This document shows positions 46,498-56,283 of a DNA stretch of 64,000 nucleotides, piece after piece. Origin of the DNA: Bdellovibrionota bacterium (GTDB taxonomy: Bacteria > Bdellovibrionota_C > UBA2361 > JBGSMV01); the NCBI GenBank assembly GCA_044356455.1, contig JBIKWF010000010.1, forward strand, positions 569 to 64,568, written 5' to 3'. Within the stretch, counting starts at the first letter, position 1. Each line of letters starts with the position of its first letter. The notes below the pieces were generated by a model, which did no database searches, was not told the DNA's origin, and worked only from the letters and a program-made list of their open reading frames with translations. The position numbers were made by a program, and so were the translations under genes.

Positions 46498-46893
46498 ATG
46501 ATGAACCGTGATTCCTTTGAGAGGGACGCCAACGGGGCGTTCGAGGCCGCGAAGAAGTGGGTCTTGGAGCTGGGCGGTGCCCAGAGCGCTGAGACCATGT
46601 TGCTCCCGGAGGAGAAGGATGCCCTCACGGCCCTTCGCTACTACGCCCAGCGTAGTGACGAGGTTCCTGAGAGCTACCCGATCGCTTTCGGGCGTGCGGT
46701 CTTTGCGGCCGAGCCGACTCCTCGTTGGTGGAAGGATGAAGTGCCTGCGTCACTTCCCTTTAATCCGCGCGCTGACCAGGGCGCTTCGGATAAGAAGGAC
46801 GATTCCTTCAAGCCTCTCGAGGAGACTGAGATTCGTTTCCACCTTGGACTCAAGGTCCTCGGGATCCGCGATCGCCTGAAGCGAGCCGGATGA
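46498..46893 (+). CDS. hypothetical protein (131 aa)
   Basis: A strong RBS TAGGAGGT lies 4 nt before ATG-ATG at 46498. The ORF-track start at 46387 lacks an RBS. Confidence 0.5.
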   Translation: MMNRDSFERDANGAFEAAKKWVLELGGAQSAETMLLPEEKDALTALRYYAQRSDEVPESYPIAFGRAVFAAEPTPRWWKDEVPASLPFNPRADQGASDKKDDSFKPLEETEIRFHLGLKVLGIRDRLKRAG

Positions 46894-46936
46894 GTCTCCT
46901 CTGTCGGAAAGGGCGGATGCCCTACGGTGAAAAATC

Positions 46937-46966
46937 TTGGGGCGGAGTCCCCAAGTTGTTTTTTAG
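46937..46966 (+). terminator. rho-independent terminator
   Basis: CTTGGGGCGGAGTCCCCAAG followed by TTGTTTTTT. Confidence 0.75.
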
Positions 46967-47149
46967 ACGTGTTGTTTGTCGCTCGAATTAAAGCGAGTGC
47001 GCAGCGTCTTTCAGAGGTAGCTTCGCCATAGATTCATTTCCAGGAATCAAATCAGCTTTGGATTTGTTCGCTGGGAAATTTAATTTGCGGGGCAAGGCAC
47101 TTCAGATGTTAACTAGTTAGGTCTGCCCCAACGCCCAATCCCATTCCCC

Positions 47150-47190
47150 CCCTAGCTTAGTGGTCTCTGTGGTCTTAGTGGTTGTCCTCA
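47150..47190. repeat. D-type palindrome
   Basis: CTTAGTGGTCTCTGTGGTCTTAGTGGTTGTCC. Confidence 0.6.
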
Positions 47191-47390
47191 AATCATTCTT
47201 CGTTTGACCCCTTGAAACTGCATTTTGCCATCCTTAACTAATTCAAACTCAGCCCAGTAGCTGCCTTCTAGCAAATCACCATCAGGCGCTTTGTTCGAAA
47301 TGCACGTAGAGCTCCTCATATTTGGGGGCGTAGGGGTGGTGTATCCGCAGTGCTACTCGCGGGTAGAGAAAGTGAAGTTAAGGTAGGGAT

Positions 47391-48914
47391 ATGGAAGCAG
47401 TATTGAAGAGACAGGATGGGCAACTTTCTAACCCAAATTCTAGTCTCTCCCCTAAGTCTCCCGACGCCGATGGCCAAATGCTTCTGTTTGAAGCAGAGCC
47501 CGAATTGGCTCTTCAAATGCCGCGCATGGTTGAGGAATGCAAGGTGAAACGCATTCTTTCGGCAACGCTTGTGGAGGAACCCACGGAGGGAGGGGCGCGC
47601 ACCTTTTCAATTGATTTTCGAGTGCATGATCCTCGAGGAGCCGAGATTGGGAAGCTCTCTATTGGCCCCGCTGACGAGAGTCGCGTTCGGGATCTGTATG
47701 GGGTGCTAGGCATTCTCATGAATGCCGCGGAGGCTCCCAAGTCGGAGTCTCCGACGCTGGCAGTTACGGTAGACCCTGCGGAATTTGGGGCAATGCTTGG
47801 CGTGATTGAGCGGAGCGGTCTTCCGATGCAAGGGACTTTCGGGGAAGGCCAAGCGGAAATGGCGAACTCATATCGTCACGCCCTCGCCACTTTTGCGGCA
47901 CGCGATATTGTTCGGACCTTGCGCGTGAACCGTGAGACAAATTCAGCAGACATCGTTGATGGCATCGAGCACTTGAGCGAGAAAGACCGCGCACAGCTTC
48001 TATGGATTGATGTGCGAAGGCGCGAGCCGCTTGTTGCTGAGTATCTGGCCGATCGCTACGGTCTTGATAGAAGAGCAATTGAGCAGGGCGAGACGAAAGG
48101 GCTCTCTACTGAGTTTTTTGGCTTCGGAGACCAGGTGTTTCTGCGGACCTTTCTTCATTCCGTCGACCCTCGCGACCCCACGAAGACCGACAAGCAAGAG
48201 CTTAGAATCTTTGCAGGAAGAGATTTCTTAATCACCTGGCATGAGGGAGAAAATGAAGCAGTAAGAGCGCTTCAGGATCATGTGCTTGAGCGGGCTAAGC
48301 GGAATGTTGATGACGCTCCTATTAACTCAGTGCAGCTTTTTGCGGAGCTGGTGGGGGTTATCGGCTATGCGAATCTTGTGCAGCTCGAAAGGTTAAGGAG
48401 CGCCTTGGAGAACGATCAGCGTAGCCTTGTGGTTTCTGACCTGAAGCCAGAACTTGTGCAGCGTGCCAGTGAGGCGCGAGCATTTGCGCAAGAGCTGCAG
48501 GCGGAAGCAGATAGTGTTGACGCACATATTGAACGATTGATGAGAGTTTCCCCGCTGCTCCGAGAGGAAGGTTCGCGCTGCAATCTTGAAAACGCTCGCG
48601 GGGCCATGCAAAGAGTCAGTCAAAAGGCAGGCCAGGTCATTGAGCGGGCCAAGAGTATCCATGAAGACTTTCGTGCGATGACGGCGCATGCGACGCAAGC
48701 TGCGTCCTACTCTCTGTCCCAGGCAGGTGCATTGGTCGCTTCAGTAGTCGCAGGGATTACGGTTCTAAATTATGCAGCTCCGGGCGTGGGTGAGTTCTTG
48801 AAGCAGCTTACCTCGGATAACCCGTGGTTCTCTTTCGCTACCGTTTCATTACTCGCAGCCGGACTTGGCAAGGTTTGGCAGACGATTGGGAGACCGCCTA
48901 AGGCGCATGGGTAA
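47391..48914 (+). CDS. hypothetical protein (507 aa) with 2 C-terminal TM helices; possible distant CorA-like topology
   Basis: LLWIDV and FLITWHEGENEA resemble the CorA cytoplasmic domain, but no GMN motif is present. Confidence 0.45.
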   Translation: MEAVLKRQDGQLSNPNSSLSPKSPDADGQMLLFEAEPELALQMPRMVEECKVKRILSATLVEEPTEGGARTFSIDFRVHDPRGAEIGKLSIGPADESRVRDLYGVLGILMNAAEAPKSESPTLAVTVDPAEFGAMLGVIERSGLPMQGTFGEGQAEMANSYRHALATFAARDIVRTLRVNRETNSADIVDGIEHLSEKDRAQLLWIDVRRREPLVAEYLADRYGLDRRAIEQGETKGLSTEFFGFGDQVFLRTFLHSVDPRDPTKTDKQELRIFAGRDFLITWHEGENEAVRALQDHVLERAKRNVDDAPINSVQLFAELVGVIGYANLVQLERLRSALENDQRSLVVSDLKPELVQRASEARAFAQELQAEADSVDAHIERLMRVSPLLREEGSRCNLENARGAMQRVSQKAGQVIERAKSIHEDFRAMTAHATQAASYSLSQAGALVASVVAGITVLNYAAPGVGEFLKQLTSDNPWFSFATVSLLAAGLGKVWQTIGRPPKAHG

Positions 48915-48917
48915 GGT

Positions 48918-49110
48918 GCGCGTTGGGGGGGGCGGTAGGGCGCGGTGCCGTGCGATCTCCCGCCATGGCATGCGCGCGTTTTTCGCCACCGTACTGGTTG
49001 CGTAACCGCCGCCGCCTGCGGTTGGCTCGTGGCATTTGATTCGGCACGCCAGGGCGCACGTCTCGCCGTCGCCTACTGGCAGAGGCGGAACGGCGCGCCC
49101 TACCGAGGTA
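48918..49110. repeat. family G GC-rich repeat, expanded copy (modules rearranged relative to 35951-36135)
   Basis: GGTAGGGCGCGGTGCCGTGCGATCTC... Bases 49030-49100 are the reverse complement of 36040-36113 (..GGCATTTGATTCGGCACGCCAGGGCGCACGTCTCGCCGTCGCCTACTGGCAGAGGCGGAACGGCGCGCCCTACC). Confidence 0.8.
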
Positions 49111-49146
49111 ATCCTCGCTAGGCGGGTATTTCAAGCGTTCCCTTCT

Positions 49147-49200
49147 CTTAGTGGTCTCTGTGTTCTTAGTGGTTGTTTTTCTATACAACTAAAACCACGG
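49147..49200. repeat. D-type palindrome
   Basis: CTTAGTGGTCTCTGTGTTCTTAGTGGTTG...ACTAAAACCAC. Confidence 0.55.
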
Positions 49201-49289
49201 ACAGCCAGCCCAAAGTTGTCTTCAATCAATTGAAATCATGAAGGCCTAACCCTTGTATTCCGAGAGAGGCGTGCTTACCTCCCAGGACT

Positions 49290-49577
49290 ATGGAAAAGTA
49301 CTTTGTTGCATATCAGGGCGAAACGCCTGCGGCGCTTTCAATTAACGGACACCGTGTAGTTATCCTTGCCAAAGATTCTGAGCAGCTTACCCGTGAGTTA
49401 GAGTTCGTGGGTGCGGATCGCATTCAATCGGTTGATGAGATTGAGTTTGGTACCGAGGAGCAGGTAGTGAGTCATTTTGCCCAGACAGTGAATGCGCACG
49501 TGGTCGTAAGTCCCTCAAATGTTGAATTGCGTGACCTTGTGGCGACCTTAGAGCGCGAGCTTCCCTGGATCCACTAA
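49290..49577 (+). CDS. hypothetical small protein (95 aa)
   Basis: ORF only. Confidence 0.4.
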   Translation: MEKYFVAYQGETPAALSINGHRVVILAKDSEQLTRELEFVGADRIQSVDEIEFGTEEQVVSHFAQTVNAHVVVSPSNVELRDLVATLERELPWIH

Positions 49578-49601
49578 GCCGTGTTTTCTAAAGCAGTGTC
49601 G

Positions 49602-49739
49602 CTTAGGGAGCCTATGAAAAACTCAGCTCTGTGTACCTCCGCGCCCTCCGTGGTGAATTCCTTGGTGAGAATTCACCACGGAGGGCCCAGAGGTACACAG
49701 AGGTGTATTAAGAATGGAGGTTTTTTAGGGATTCCTTAG
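49602..49739. mobile_element. family A MITE-like element with a C-type core
   Basis: Left TIR CTTAGGGAGCCTATGAAAAAC and degenerate right TIR GGTTTTTTAGGGATTCCTTAG. Core CTCTGTGTACCTCCGCG..CACCACGGAGGGCCCAGAGGTACACAGAGGTG. Confidence 0.7.
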
Positions 49740-50023
49740 ACAGCTACTCTTGGCCAATGTCCTTTCAGGGCCCTAAGGCAAAGGTTCGTTTCGCCGTCTG
49801 CTGGTTGCCTTTTGGGCCTCGTCCTATGTATTGTGGCGGTATTGAGGCGTTAACGTCTGATTTCATTAATTCGCTTTTCGTGAGTTGATACTGGGAATTG
49901 AGACGGCAACTTGTCGTTGTGAAATGTTACCGTGAAGAGAAGTAGCGGCGAATTAAAGTAGCAGTGCAGGGGGCAAGCGCCGCACGACCTTGAGAGGTCA
50001 ATAATTCTTATAAAGGAAAGATC

Positions 50024-50161
50024 ATGGGACGAGGAGATAAGAAGACAGCACGTGGTAAGCGATTCAAGGCCAGCTTCGGGAAAACCCGCCAGCCTCGTAA
50101 GCGTAATACGGTTGCAAAAGTGAAGGCGGCAAAGGCTGCGAAAGCAAAAGCTAAGAAGTAG
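50024..50161 (+). CDS. 30S ribosomal protein bTHX (45 aa)
   Basis: MGRGDKKTARGKRFKASFGKTRQPRKRNTVAKVKAAKAAKAKAKK matches the THX pattern GKGDRRTxRGKxxRGSxGKxRPRK. RBS AAAGGAAAG. Below the ORF-track size cut-off. Confidence 0.65.
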   Translation: MGRGDKKTARGKRFKASFGKTRQPRKRNTVAKVKAAKAAKAKAKK

Positions 50162-50175
50162 TTTTTGTTTGCAAT

Positions 50176-50312
50176 CTAAGGAGCCTCTGAGAAACCGGGA
50201 AGATTGGTAAAAGTTCTTCCCCCTTTGTGGTCACTGTGGTCGTCGTGGTTGTCTCTATAAACCACCAGCACTCCAGATGCCACGAGGGATAAGGTTTTCA
50301 GAGGCTCCCTTT
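50176..50312. mobile_element. family A MITE-like element
   Basis: Left TIR CTAAGGAGCCTCTGAGAAAC and right TIR GGTTTTCAGAGGCTCCCT. Core ..TGTGGTCACTGTGGTCGTCGTGGTTG.. Confidence 0.65.
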
Positions 50313-50343
50313 TTAGTGTGCGCTCTGTCTCAGTTCTTCCGTC

Positions 50344-51816
50344 CTATCCAAGGTGCAGCACGTCGGTTATCGTAACTGCAATTGCCTTAAGGTGGCTAAG
50401 ATTTTCTGACTCTGAGTTCTTAAAGGCTACCTTGGGCATTTCTAGGTAAAGCACTCCCACTCTCTGTGAGTAGCCAATAACCACACCAAGCTGCGCCATC
50501 TCAAGGCCCCCAGCGGTCCCCGTAATTCGAGCGATTGGTTTTGAGTCCTGATAGGCAAGGGCCACAAAGTCTTTGTGCTCGTCAATCGTGCAAGGCACGG
50601 GAGCTGCGTCATGGCAGACTGTGGTTGCAATCCGCAGTTGTGGCATGAGTGAGTCTTGTGTTGGGTCTACGGTGAATACGGTTCCCGCAGAAAATCCAGC
50701 TGCGGGTACGATATCTTGAGCAATTTTCCTGAGAAGCGCCTGAACTGACTGGCCATCGGCGAGGTTGCGGTAGACCTCGAGCAAGCGTTCTTGGAGGTGC
50801 GGTCGGCACTTGAGAATGAAGGGGTTCTTTACCTTTGCATCATCTCTGGTTGCGCGGTTAATGAGCACTTCTGGGTCGAGAATAAAGCCGCCGCGGAAAA
50901 ACGAGGGGACAGAAACTTCATAATGTGCGCATTTCTCGCGGAGTGCCTCTCGAATAGTGGCAATTCCCTCGGCCCCAAGTTTTTCGGTTATCGCGTTTCG
51001 GGCGAAATCCCAATCGTGCCTAGCGCTCGGATACACCTCTGGTTCATTCGCTCTCGCGAGCGCTTCACCGATGCGGCAGAGCTCACGCAAAGAGGCGCCT
51101 ACTGCGTTGGTCTCCATCTCCGCGTCGAGAGCGTCGTAATCAAAGCTTGCGCCTTCTTCGTCAAGCGCAAAGAGGAGTTCCTCAGGAAGCTGCCACTCGT
51201 GGGCAAGCCCGAACGCAAGCATGGTGGGAGAAAAGCCGAGAATTTCAGTGATGGCTTGGTCAAACGTCTTGCCGTCTTTCACCGCGGTTGCTGCTCTTTG
51301 GTAAACAGAAGGATAGTTCCACGCGATCAAGGTGAGGCCTAACTGCCGAAGTAGTCCACCAAAGAAGCCCAATTCGCTATTCTCTTTTTGCGCGGCGGCA
51401 AGATGAGCAGAAGCGCTTGCACTGACCATAGCCTCGCGCATGCGCGATACTTGGAGATCGCCCATGCCATCAAAGAAGTGCCGAGAAAGGTTGTCGTCAC
51501 TTTCACTAAAAATCTTCTGGAGGCGCTCGAATCCTCCGAGGCGCAGGATCTCAGTGGGGGAGGAGCCTTTGGGAATTGCGACCCCTTCTTCACTAAGTAA
51601 TTTTGCCATCTCTTTCAGTGCGTACATGAAGAGAGAAAAGTCTTCGCCCACGAGAAGCAGGGAGTCTTCTAGTTTTGTTTGGTCGGGTCCGTGCTCAAGA
51701 GTCTTACGCAGATTCGAAACCAGCTGTGGGTTCGCGGGGAACCAAAGGTCAGTTACGTAGCGGCAGGCGCGGTTCATTCTGCGCTCGGCGGCGGATGAGG
51801 AAGGGATTGGTTTCAT
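50344..51816 (-). CDS. signalling protein with an HDOD-like domain and a C-terminal GAF-like region
   Basis: GLLRQLGLTLIAWNYPSVY...ILGFSPTMLAFGLAHEWQLPEEL resembles the HDOD core. Confidence 0.45.
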   Translation of the reverse strand: MKPIPSSSAAERRMNRACRYVTDLWFPANPQLVSNLRKTLEHGPDQTKLEDSLLLVGEDFSLFMYALKEMAKLLSEEGVAIPKGSSPTEILRLGGFERLQKIFSESDDNLSRHFFDGMGDLQVSRMREAMVSASASAHLAAAQKENSELGFFGGLLRQLGLTLIAWNYPSVYQRAATAVKDGKTFDQAITEILGFSPTMLAFGLAHEWQLPEELLFALDEEGASFDYDALDAEMETNAVGASLRELCRIGEALARANEPEVYPSARHDWDFARNAITEKLGAEGIATIREALREKCAHYEVSVPSFFRGGFILDPEVLINRATRDDAKVKNPFILKCRPHLQERLLEVYRNLADGQSVQALLRKIAQDIVPAAGFSAGTVFTVDPTQDSLMPQLRIATTVCHDAAPVPCTIDEHKDFVALAYQDSKPIARITGTAGGLEMAQLGVVIGYSQRVGVLYLEMPKVAFKNSESENLSHLKAIAVTITDVLHLG

Positions 51817-52083
51817 ATAGTTAGGATAGTCGGCTGTTTAGCCCAAGAGATTGAGCTCTGTCCGATGCTGTAAGTGCCTGATAATAAATGGTTCTTTGGC
51901 GGCAGGGGGCCCTCGCGCGTTTGAAGATGATGCGAAGCGTCCGCCACCGGTGCGGCTTAAGGTGCAGGCAGTGACTTCGAAGGCACCTAAGGGGCAGATT
52001 GGTTGGGGATGCAAACTTCTGCTAAAGGAGGGAGGCGAGTGGTATCTCACGTGGTCACCGCCTTACCTTAAAGAGGAAATTTT

Positions 52084-52839
52084 ATGAGTTTTACACAAGC
52101 GCGGTCGACGGGGGGGCTCTTTACTCGGGTTTGTTTATGGGGAGCCGTATTAGCGTGTCTGTTTCTTCTGACCGTACTTCCTGCGGCGCATGGCGATACC
52201 TTCAGTGTGCGCCGGGAGTATTTTGCAGCTCTTGATAGAGAGAAAGATTTTGGAGCGTATGAAATAGAGGTAGATGCGCGTTTCGGGAAAGTAATTCTTT
52301 CCGGAAATGTCGCATCTGAGAAGAGTCGAGTACGCGCAGAAGAAATTGCGCTTGCTACTGAGGGCGTCTCTTCGGTCGAGAATCGCCTTGAAGTTTCTTC
52401 TGAGCTCGCGAAGCGTCCGCATGAGACGATATCTCCTCTTGCGGCAAAGGTGCGAGAGGCAGTCCTCGCGCGGAGCGATCTCGGGAGTCTTGAGCTCTCC
52501 GTTACATCTTTAGAGGGCCAAGTTGCGCTGGAGGGGGTGGCAGCAAGTGCCCGTGATAAGGAGGAGATTGAGAAGACCGCAGCCTCTGTCGCGGGCGTCG
52601 TTCATGTGAGTAGCGCAATTTCCGTGAGGCCCTCGATGAGTGACGCCGCTATCACGGCAGCGGTAGAGGAGGCGCTTCGGGGGCATCGGGGAGTTTCCAT
52701 GGAAGGACTCGACATATCCACCAGTTCTGGTGTGGTTACGGTAAGGGGGCTTCGTCCTGACCACAGAGAAAGAGATCTCATTCTATCGATTGCCCTCAAT
52801 GTTCGGGGTGTGAAAGATATACGAAGCGAGCTCAGATGA
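52084..52839 (+). CDS. BON-domain protein (OsmY-like), N-terminal TM/signal
   Basis: Three BON repeats (GVSSVENRLEV; VAGVVHVSSAISVR; RGVKDIRSELR). Confidence 0.65.
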   Translation: MSFTQARSTGGLFTRVCLWGAVLACLFLLTVLPAAHGDTFSVRREYFAALDREKDFGAYEIEVDARFGKVILSGNVASEKSRVRAEEIALATEGVSSVENRLEVSSELAKRPHETISPLAAKVREAVLARSDLGSLELSVTSLEGQVALEGVAASARDKEEIEKTAASVAGVVHVSSAISVRPSMSDAAITAAVEEALRGHRGVSMEGLDISTSSGVVTVRGLRPDHRERDLILSIALNVRGVKDIRSELR

Positions 52840-52863
52840 TGGGACGCATTCTTTAAATTTGAA

Positions 52864-53865
52864 ATGACTGGTGAGGGGCTTGTGAAGGTCTTAGTGACAG
52901 GAGGAGCAGGATACATTGGAAGCCATACCGTTCGGTTACTGTGCGACCGCGGCCACTCCGTGGTGGTACTCGATAACCTCAGTGCGGGACACCGCGCGGC
53001 CGTCGACAAGCGGGCATCCCTTGAGATTGGTGATATTGCGGACAGTTCCTTAGTCAGAAAAATTCTTCGCACGGGAATTGATGGGGTAATTCATTTCGCA
53101 GCGTGGCTCAGTGTCGCCGAATCAATGCGGGAGCCAATAAAGTACTGGCTTAACAATGTGGCAGGAACCGCACACTTGCTGTCGGCGATGAGAGAAGAAG
53201 GTGTAAAGAGAATTGTGTTCTCTTCAACGGCGGCGACCTACGGTACGCCGAATGTCGCTAAGATCAGCGAAGACACGCCACAAGCTCCGATTAACCCATA
53301 TGGTCGTTCCAAGCTCGCGATGGAAAGAGTCATTCAAGACTGTGTCTACGCGCATGGCCTTGGTGCAGTGTCGCTGCGTTATTTTAATGCCGCTGGCGCT
53401 TCGGTCGATGCCTCTATAGGCGAGGACCATCGTCCCGAGGATCATTTGATTCCTGTGATTCTTCAAGCAATTCTCGGGCTTCGTCCCGAGATTAGAATTT
53501 TTGGCGACGACTTCCCTACGCCTGATGGTACGTGCGTACGAGACTTCATCCATGTGGAAGATCTTGCAGAAGCGCATCTCCTTGCCTTGCAAAGTATTCA
53601 GCCCGGCAGTTACCAGGCCTTTAACGTCGCCACAGGAACAGGCCAATCGGTAAAAGAGGTGATTCGTGCAGCCGAGAAGGTGACTGGCCGCAAAGTTCCA
53701 GCGGTCGTCGCCCCGAGACGCGACGGTGACCCTGCGTGCCTTGTCGCGGACCCCTCTCGCATCATGAAGGCTCTTGGATGGAAGCCTAAGTTTCCCACGG
53801 TGGAGTCAATCATAGAGACTGCGTGGCGCTGGCACTCAAAATGTCCTCAGGGGTACCCGGAGTAA
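52864..53865 (+). CDS. galE: UDP-glucose 4-epimerase
   Basis: VLVTGGAGYIGSH, the catalytic YxxxK and the SDR-extended fold. Confidence 0.9.
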   Translation: MTGEGLVKVLVTGGAGYIGSHTVRLLCDRGHSVVVLDNLSAGHRAAVDKRASLEIGDIADSSLVRKILRTGIDGVIHFAAWLSVAESMREPIKYWLNNVAGTAHLLSAMREEGVKRIVFSSTAATYGTPNVAKISEDTPQAPINPYGRSKLAMERVIQDCVYAHGLGAVSLRYFNAAGASVDASIGEDHRPEDHLIPVILQAILGLRPEIRIFGDDFPTPDGTCVRDFIHVEDLAEAHLLALQSIQPGSYQAFNVATGTGQSVKEVIRAAEKVTGRKVPAVVAPRRDGDPACLVADPSRIMKALGWKPKFPTVESIIETAWRWHSKCPQGYPE

Positions 53866-53873
53866 CTCGGCCT

Positions 53874-54773
53874 ATGAGTTTGGTTTGGGGCATCGACCTC
53901 GGAGGGACAAAAATAGAAGGAGTAGTGTGCGACTCGGCGGATCTCTCGAGAGTCGTTGCCCGTCATAGAATTCCTACCGAGGCGGATCGTGGGTATGAGC
54001 ATTCCCTCCAGCAAATCAAGGCGCTTATTCTCTCTCTGGCGCAAACGCTCGGCGCTCCACTCCCCAACCGAATTGGGTTCGGGACCCCAGGAACTTTGGA
54101 TCCCGACAATCAGACTTTGAAGAACTCCAACACGCAATGTTTTAACGGTAAGCCTCTAAAGCGAGATCTTGAGGCCCTGCTTGGCGCAGAAACGGTACTC
54201 TCTAATGATGCAAACTGCTTTGCGCTGGCTGAGAGCGTGTTAGGAGCCGCACGAGGGGCGCGCTGTGTGTTTGGCGTCATTCTTGGAACAGGAGTAGGTG
54301 GCGGCATTGTCATCGACGGCCAGGTCTGGGGCGGCAGGCAAGGAAATGCGGGAGAGTGGGGGCATAATGTGCTCATTCCGAATGGAGATCCCTGCTACTG
54401 CGGAAAAGCGGGCTGTGTCGAAAGATGTATCTCTGGTCCTGCGCTCGAGCAATTCTATCAGAAAAAGTCTGGAGCACGCCGCGCACTTGCTGAGATCGCT
54501 GAGCGCGCACGCGCAGGAGAAGATTCTGCCGCTACCGCGACGCTGAGGTTTCTTTGTGCTGAGTTTGGTAGAGCGATTTCGGTCATTATCAATGTGCTTG
54601 ACCCTGAAGTAGTCGTTCTAGGCGGGGGAGTAAGCAACATCGCTGAGCTCTATAGCGAGGGAAGGGAGGCCGCGCGTCCTTTTGTATTCAACGATCGCCT
54701 CGATACAAGAATCGTGAAGAATGAGCTTGGGGACAGTGCCGGTGTTTTTGGGGCGGCGATGTTGGTTCGGTAA
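53874..54773 (+). CDS. ROK-family sugar kinase (glucokinase / GlcNAc kinase-like)
   Basis: GIDLGGTKIE, and the zinc motif CYCGKAGCVE. The start is taken after the galE stop. Confidence 0.8.
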   Translation: MSLVWGIDLGGTKIEGVVCDSADLSRVVARHRIPTEADRGYEHSLQQIKALILSLAQTLGAPLPNRIGFGTPGTLDPDNQTLKNSNTQCFNGKPLKRDLEALLGAETVLSNDANCFALAESVLGAARGARCVFGVILGTGVGGGIVIDGQVWGGRQGNAGEWGHNVLIPNGDPCYCGKAGCVERCISGPALEQFYQKKSGARRALAEIAERARAGEDSAATATLRFLCAEFGRAISVIINVLDPEVVVLGGGVSNIAELYSEGREAARPFVFNDRLDTRIVKNELGDSAGVFGAAMLVR

Positions 54774-54889
54774 GGGTCTGAAAGCCCTTATCTTAGAGCA
54801 CCCCATAATTGTAGATGCCTCTGTAAGTTTCTGAGTGGCTATTCCAGCACCGCAAGATTTTCCATCCCGGTACGTTCTTGGGCGCTCAA

Positions 54890-55108
54890 GATTCGGCCGG
54901 TGCGCCCTACCAAGATGCGACGCCAATGGGTAGGGCGCGCCGCTTCGCCTCTGCCAGTAGGCGACGGCGCGACGCGCGCCCCGGCGTGCCGAATCAAATG
55001 CCGCAGGCCTGGCAGAAGGTGCGGGTCTCGCAATGAGCATTCAGGCAAAAACATGCCACATGCCAGGGCGACAGATCTTGCGGCACCGCGGGGACGCGGC
55101 GCCCTACC
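54890..55108. repeat. family G GC-rich repeat
   Basis: GGTAGGGCGCGCCGCTTCGCCTCTGCCAGTAGGCGACGGCG..GGCGTGCCGAATCAAATGCC ... GATCTTGCGGCACCGCGGGGACGCGGCGCCCTACC. Confidence 0.8.
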
Positions 55109-55234
55109 AGGGAACCTCTGAAAAACGCAGCAATTGACTTTCTTGTGAGCTGTTTTTCCTCCGCGTACCAGGCGTCCCTTGCGGAGTCAGGGACGCTGAG
55201 TACGCGAAGAAATAGTTCTTCCGAGAGTCCCTAG
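55107..55234. mobile_element. family A MITE-like element abutting the G repeat
   Basis: Left TIR CCAGGGAACCTCTGAAAAAC and degenerate right TIR GTTCTTCCGAGAGTCCCTAG. Internal palindrome CCTCCGCGTACCAGGCGTCCC..GGGACGCTGAGTACGCGAAG. The terminal CTAG supplies the stop of the 55231..56013 gene. Confidence 0.7.
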
Positions 55235-56013
55235 TGTACTATTTCATCCCCCACGTGAGCGGTAGGTACCACGATTCTTTTCTGACTCGCTCTCAGTATT
55301 CTCCTCTCGAGCTTGAACCTAGGTTTCGGCGCGCGGTGAGAGGCCTTTGCTAGATCAATGCACGCATAGTCCTCGAATAGCGGAATGCCAAATGGTTTCC
55401 CGGGGCCGAGCAAAGCGGGGTTTGGGCACTCATAAGAAGCGTTAAACACGCGAAGACTGGCCAGCTCAGGAAGCTTGGCTTCCCCGTACGGGTCCAAACT
55501 TGCGTATTCGTAGATGTCCTTCTCGTAGGGACTAAGGCAAGCAGTCCCTCCAATACTTAGGCAGTAACTCATCATATAAGGAATTGCTGCGAGGTACCCA
55601 CCGCACGGCGTTGCAAGGTTTTGGTGGAAGGCAAAGCCCAAGGTCTTTTGCCACTTAACGAGCTCCTTTTCTCTGATGACAAGGCATGCTTCGTTTGAGT
55701 CATATCCTCGAACAAATGAGGCAATCTCTGGCACAGAAGCAAAGGCCTTCCTTACCTCAGTGCGGTGATAATACAGCTCCGCTATATCCCTCTGCTTTGC
55801 GCCATAAGCGCAATAAATGCTCAAAATCGCACAAATCTGGCTTGCCTCTCCGTCGTCATCAAAGCCCTGAGTGAGCGTGAGCCCTCTTTCCTGTTTGCGA
55901 ACCCACTCAAGGAGAAATGACTCAAGGTCCTGCTCCCTACTGAGGAGCTCTTTGAGTGTGGTCTTATCCGATGGGGTAGCTTCTTCGCTGTATTTGATTT
56001 CAGAGGGCTTCAT
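55231..56013 (-). CDS. hypothetical protein (260 aa)
   Basis: ORF only. Confidence 0.4.
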   Translation of the reverse strand: MKPSEIKYSEEATPSDKTTLKELLSREQDLESFLLEWVRKQERGLTLTQGFDDDGEASQICAILSIYCAYGAKQRDIAELYYHRTEVRKAFASVPEIASFVRGYDSNEACLVIREKELVKWQKTLGFAFHQNLATPCGGYLAAIPYMMSYCLSIGGTACLSPYEKDIYEYASLDPYGEAKLPELASLRVFNASYECPNPALLGPGKPFGIPLFEDYACIDLAKASHRAPKPRFKLERRILRASQKRIVVPTAHVGDEIVH

Positions 56014-56058
56014 CTTTTATCCATATGAGGAGGGTTGCCGATTTCGTGCTTGCATTCC

Positions 56059-56196
56059 CTAGGGAGCCTCTGCAAAACCTCCATCCTACCTGCACCTCTG
56101 TGTGCCTTCGTATCCTCTGAGGTGAATTCCTTAATTAAAATTTCACCACAGAGGACGCAGAGGTACGCGGAGGTGAGTTCCTCAGAGGTTCCCTAG
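56059..56196. mobile_element. family A MITE-like element with a C-type core
   Basis: Left TIR CCTAGGGAGCCTCTGCAAAAC and right TIR CTCAGAGGTTCCCTAG. Core CCTCTGTGTGCC..TCACCACAGAGGACGCAGAGGTACGCGGAGGTG. Confidence 0.75.
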
Positions 56197-56283
56197 TTCA
56201 AATTTGCCTCCTCTTTTCGGATAGAGAGGCAAAAAGTTTCCTCATGAGTATCTGAAATAAAATATTCAATGGTCGTTAAGTTC

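Noticed and set aside
47391-48914. Calling the 507-aa protein a CorA magnesium transporter
   Set aside because: The N-terminal WIDx and FLITW-like motifs and the 2 C-terminal TM helices are suggestive, but the GMN signature is absent (LNYAAP instead). Kept as hypothetical.
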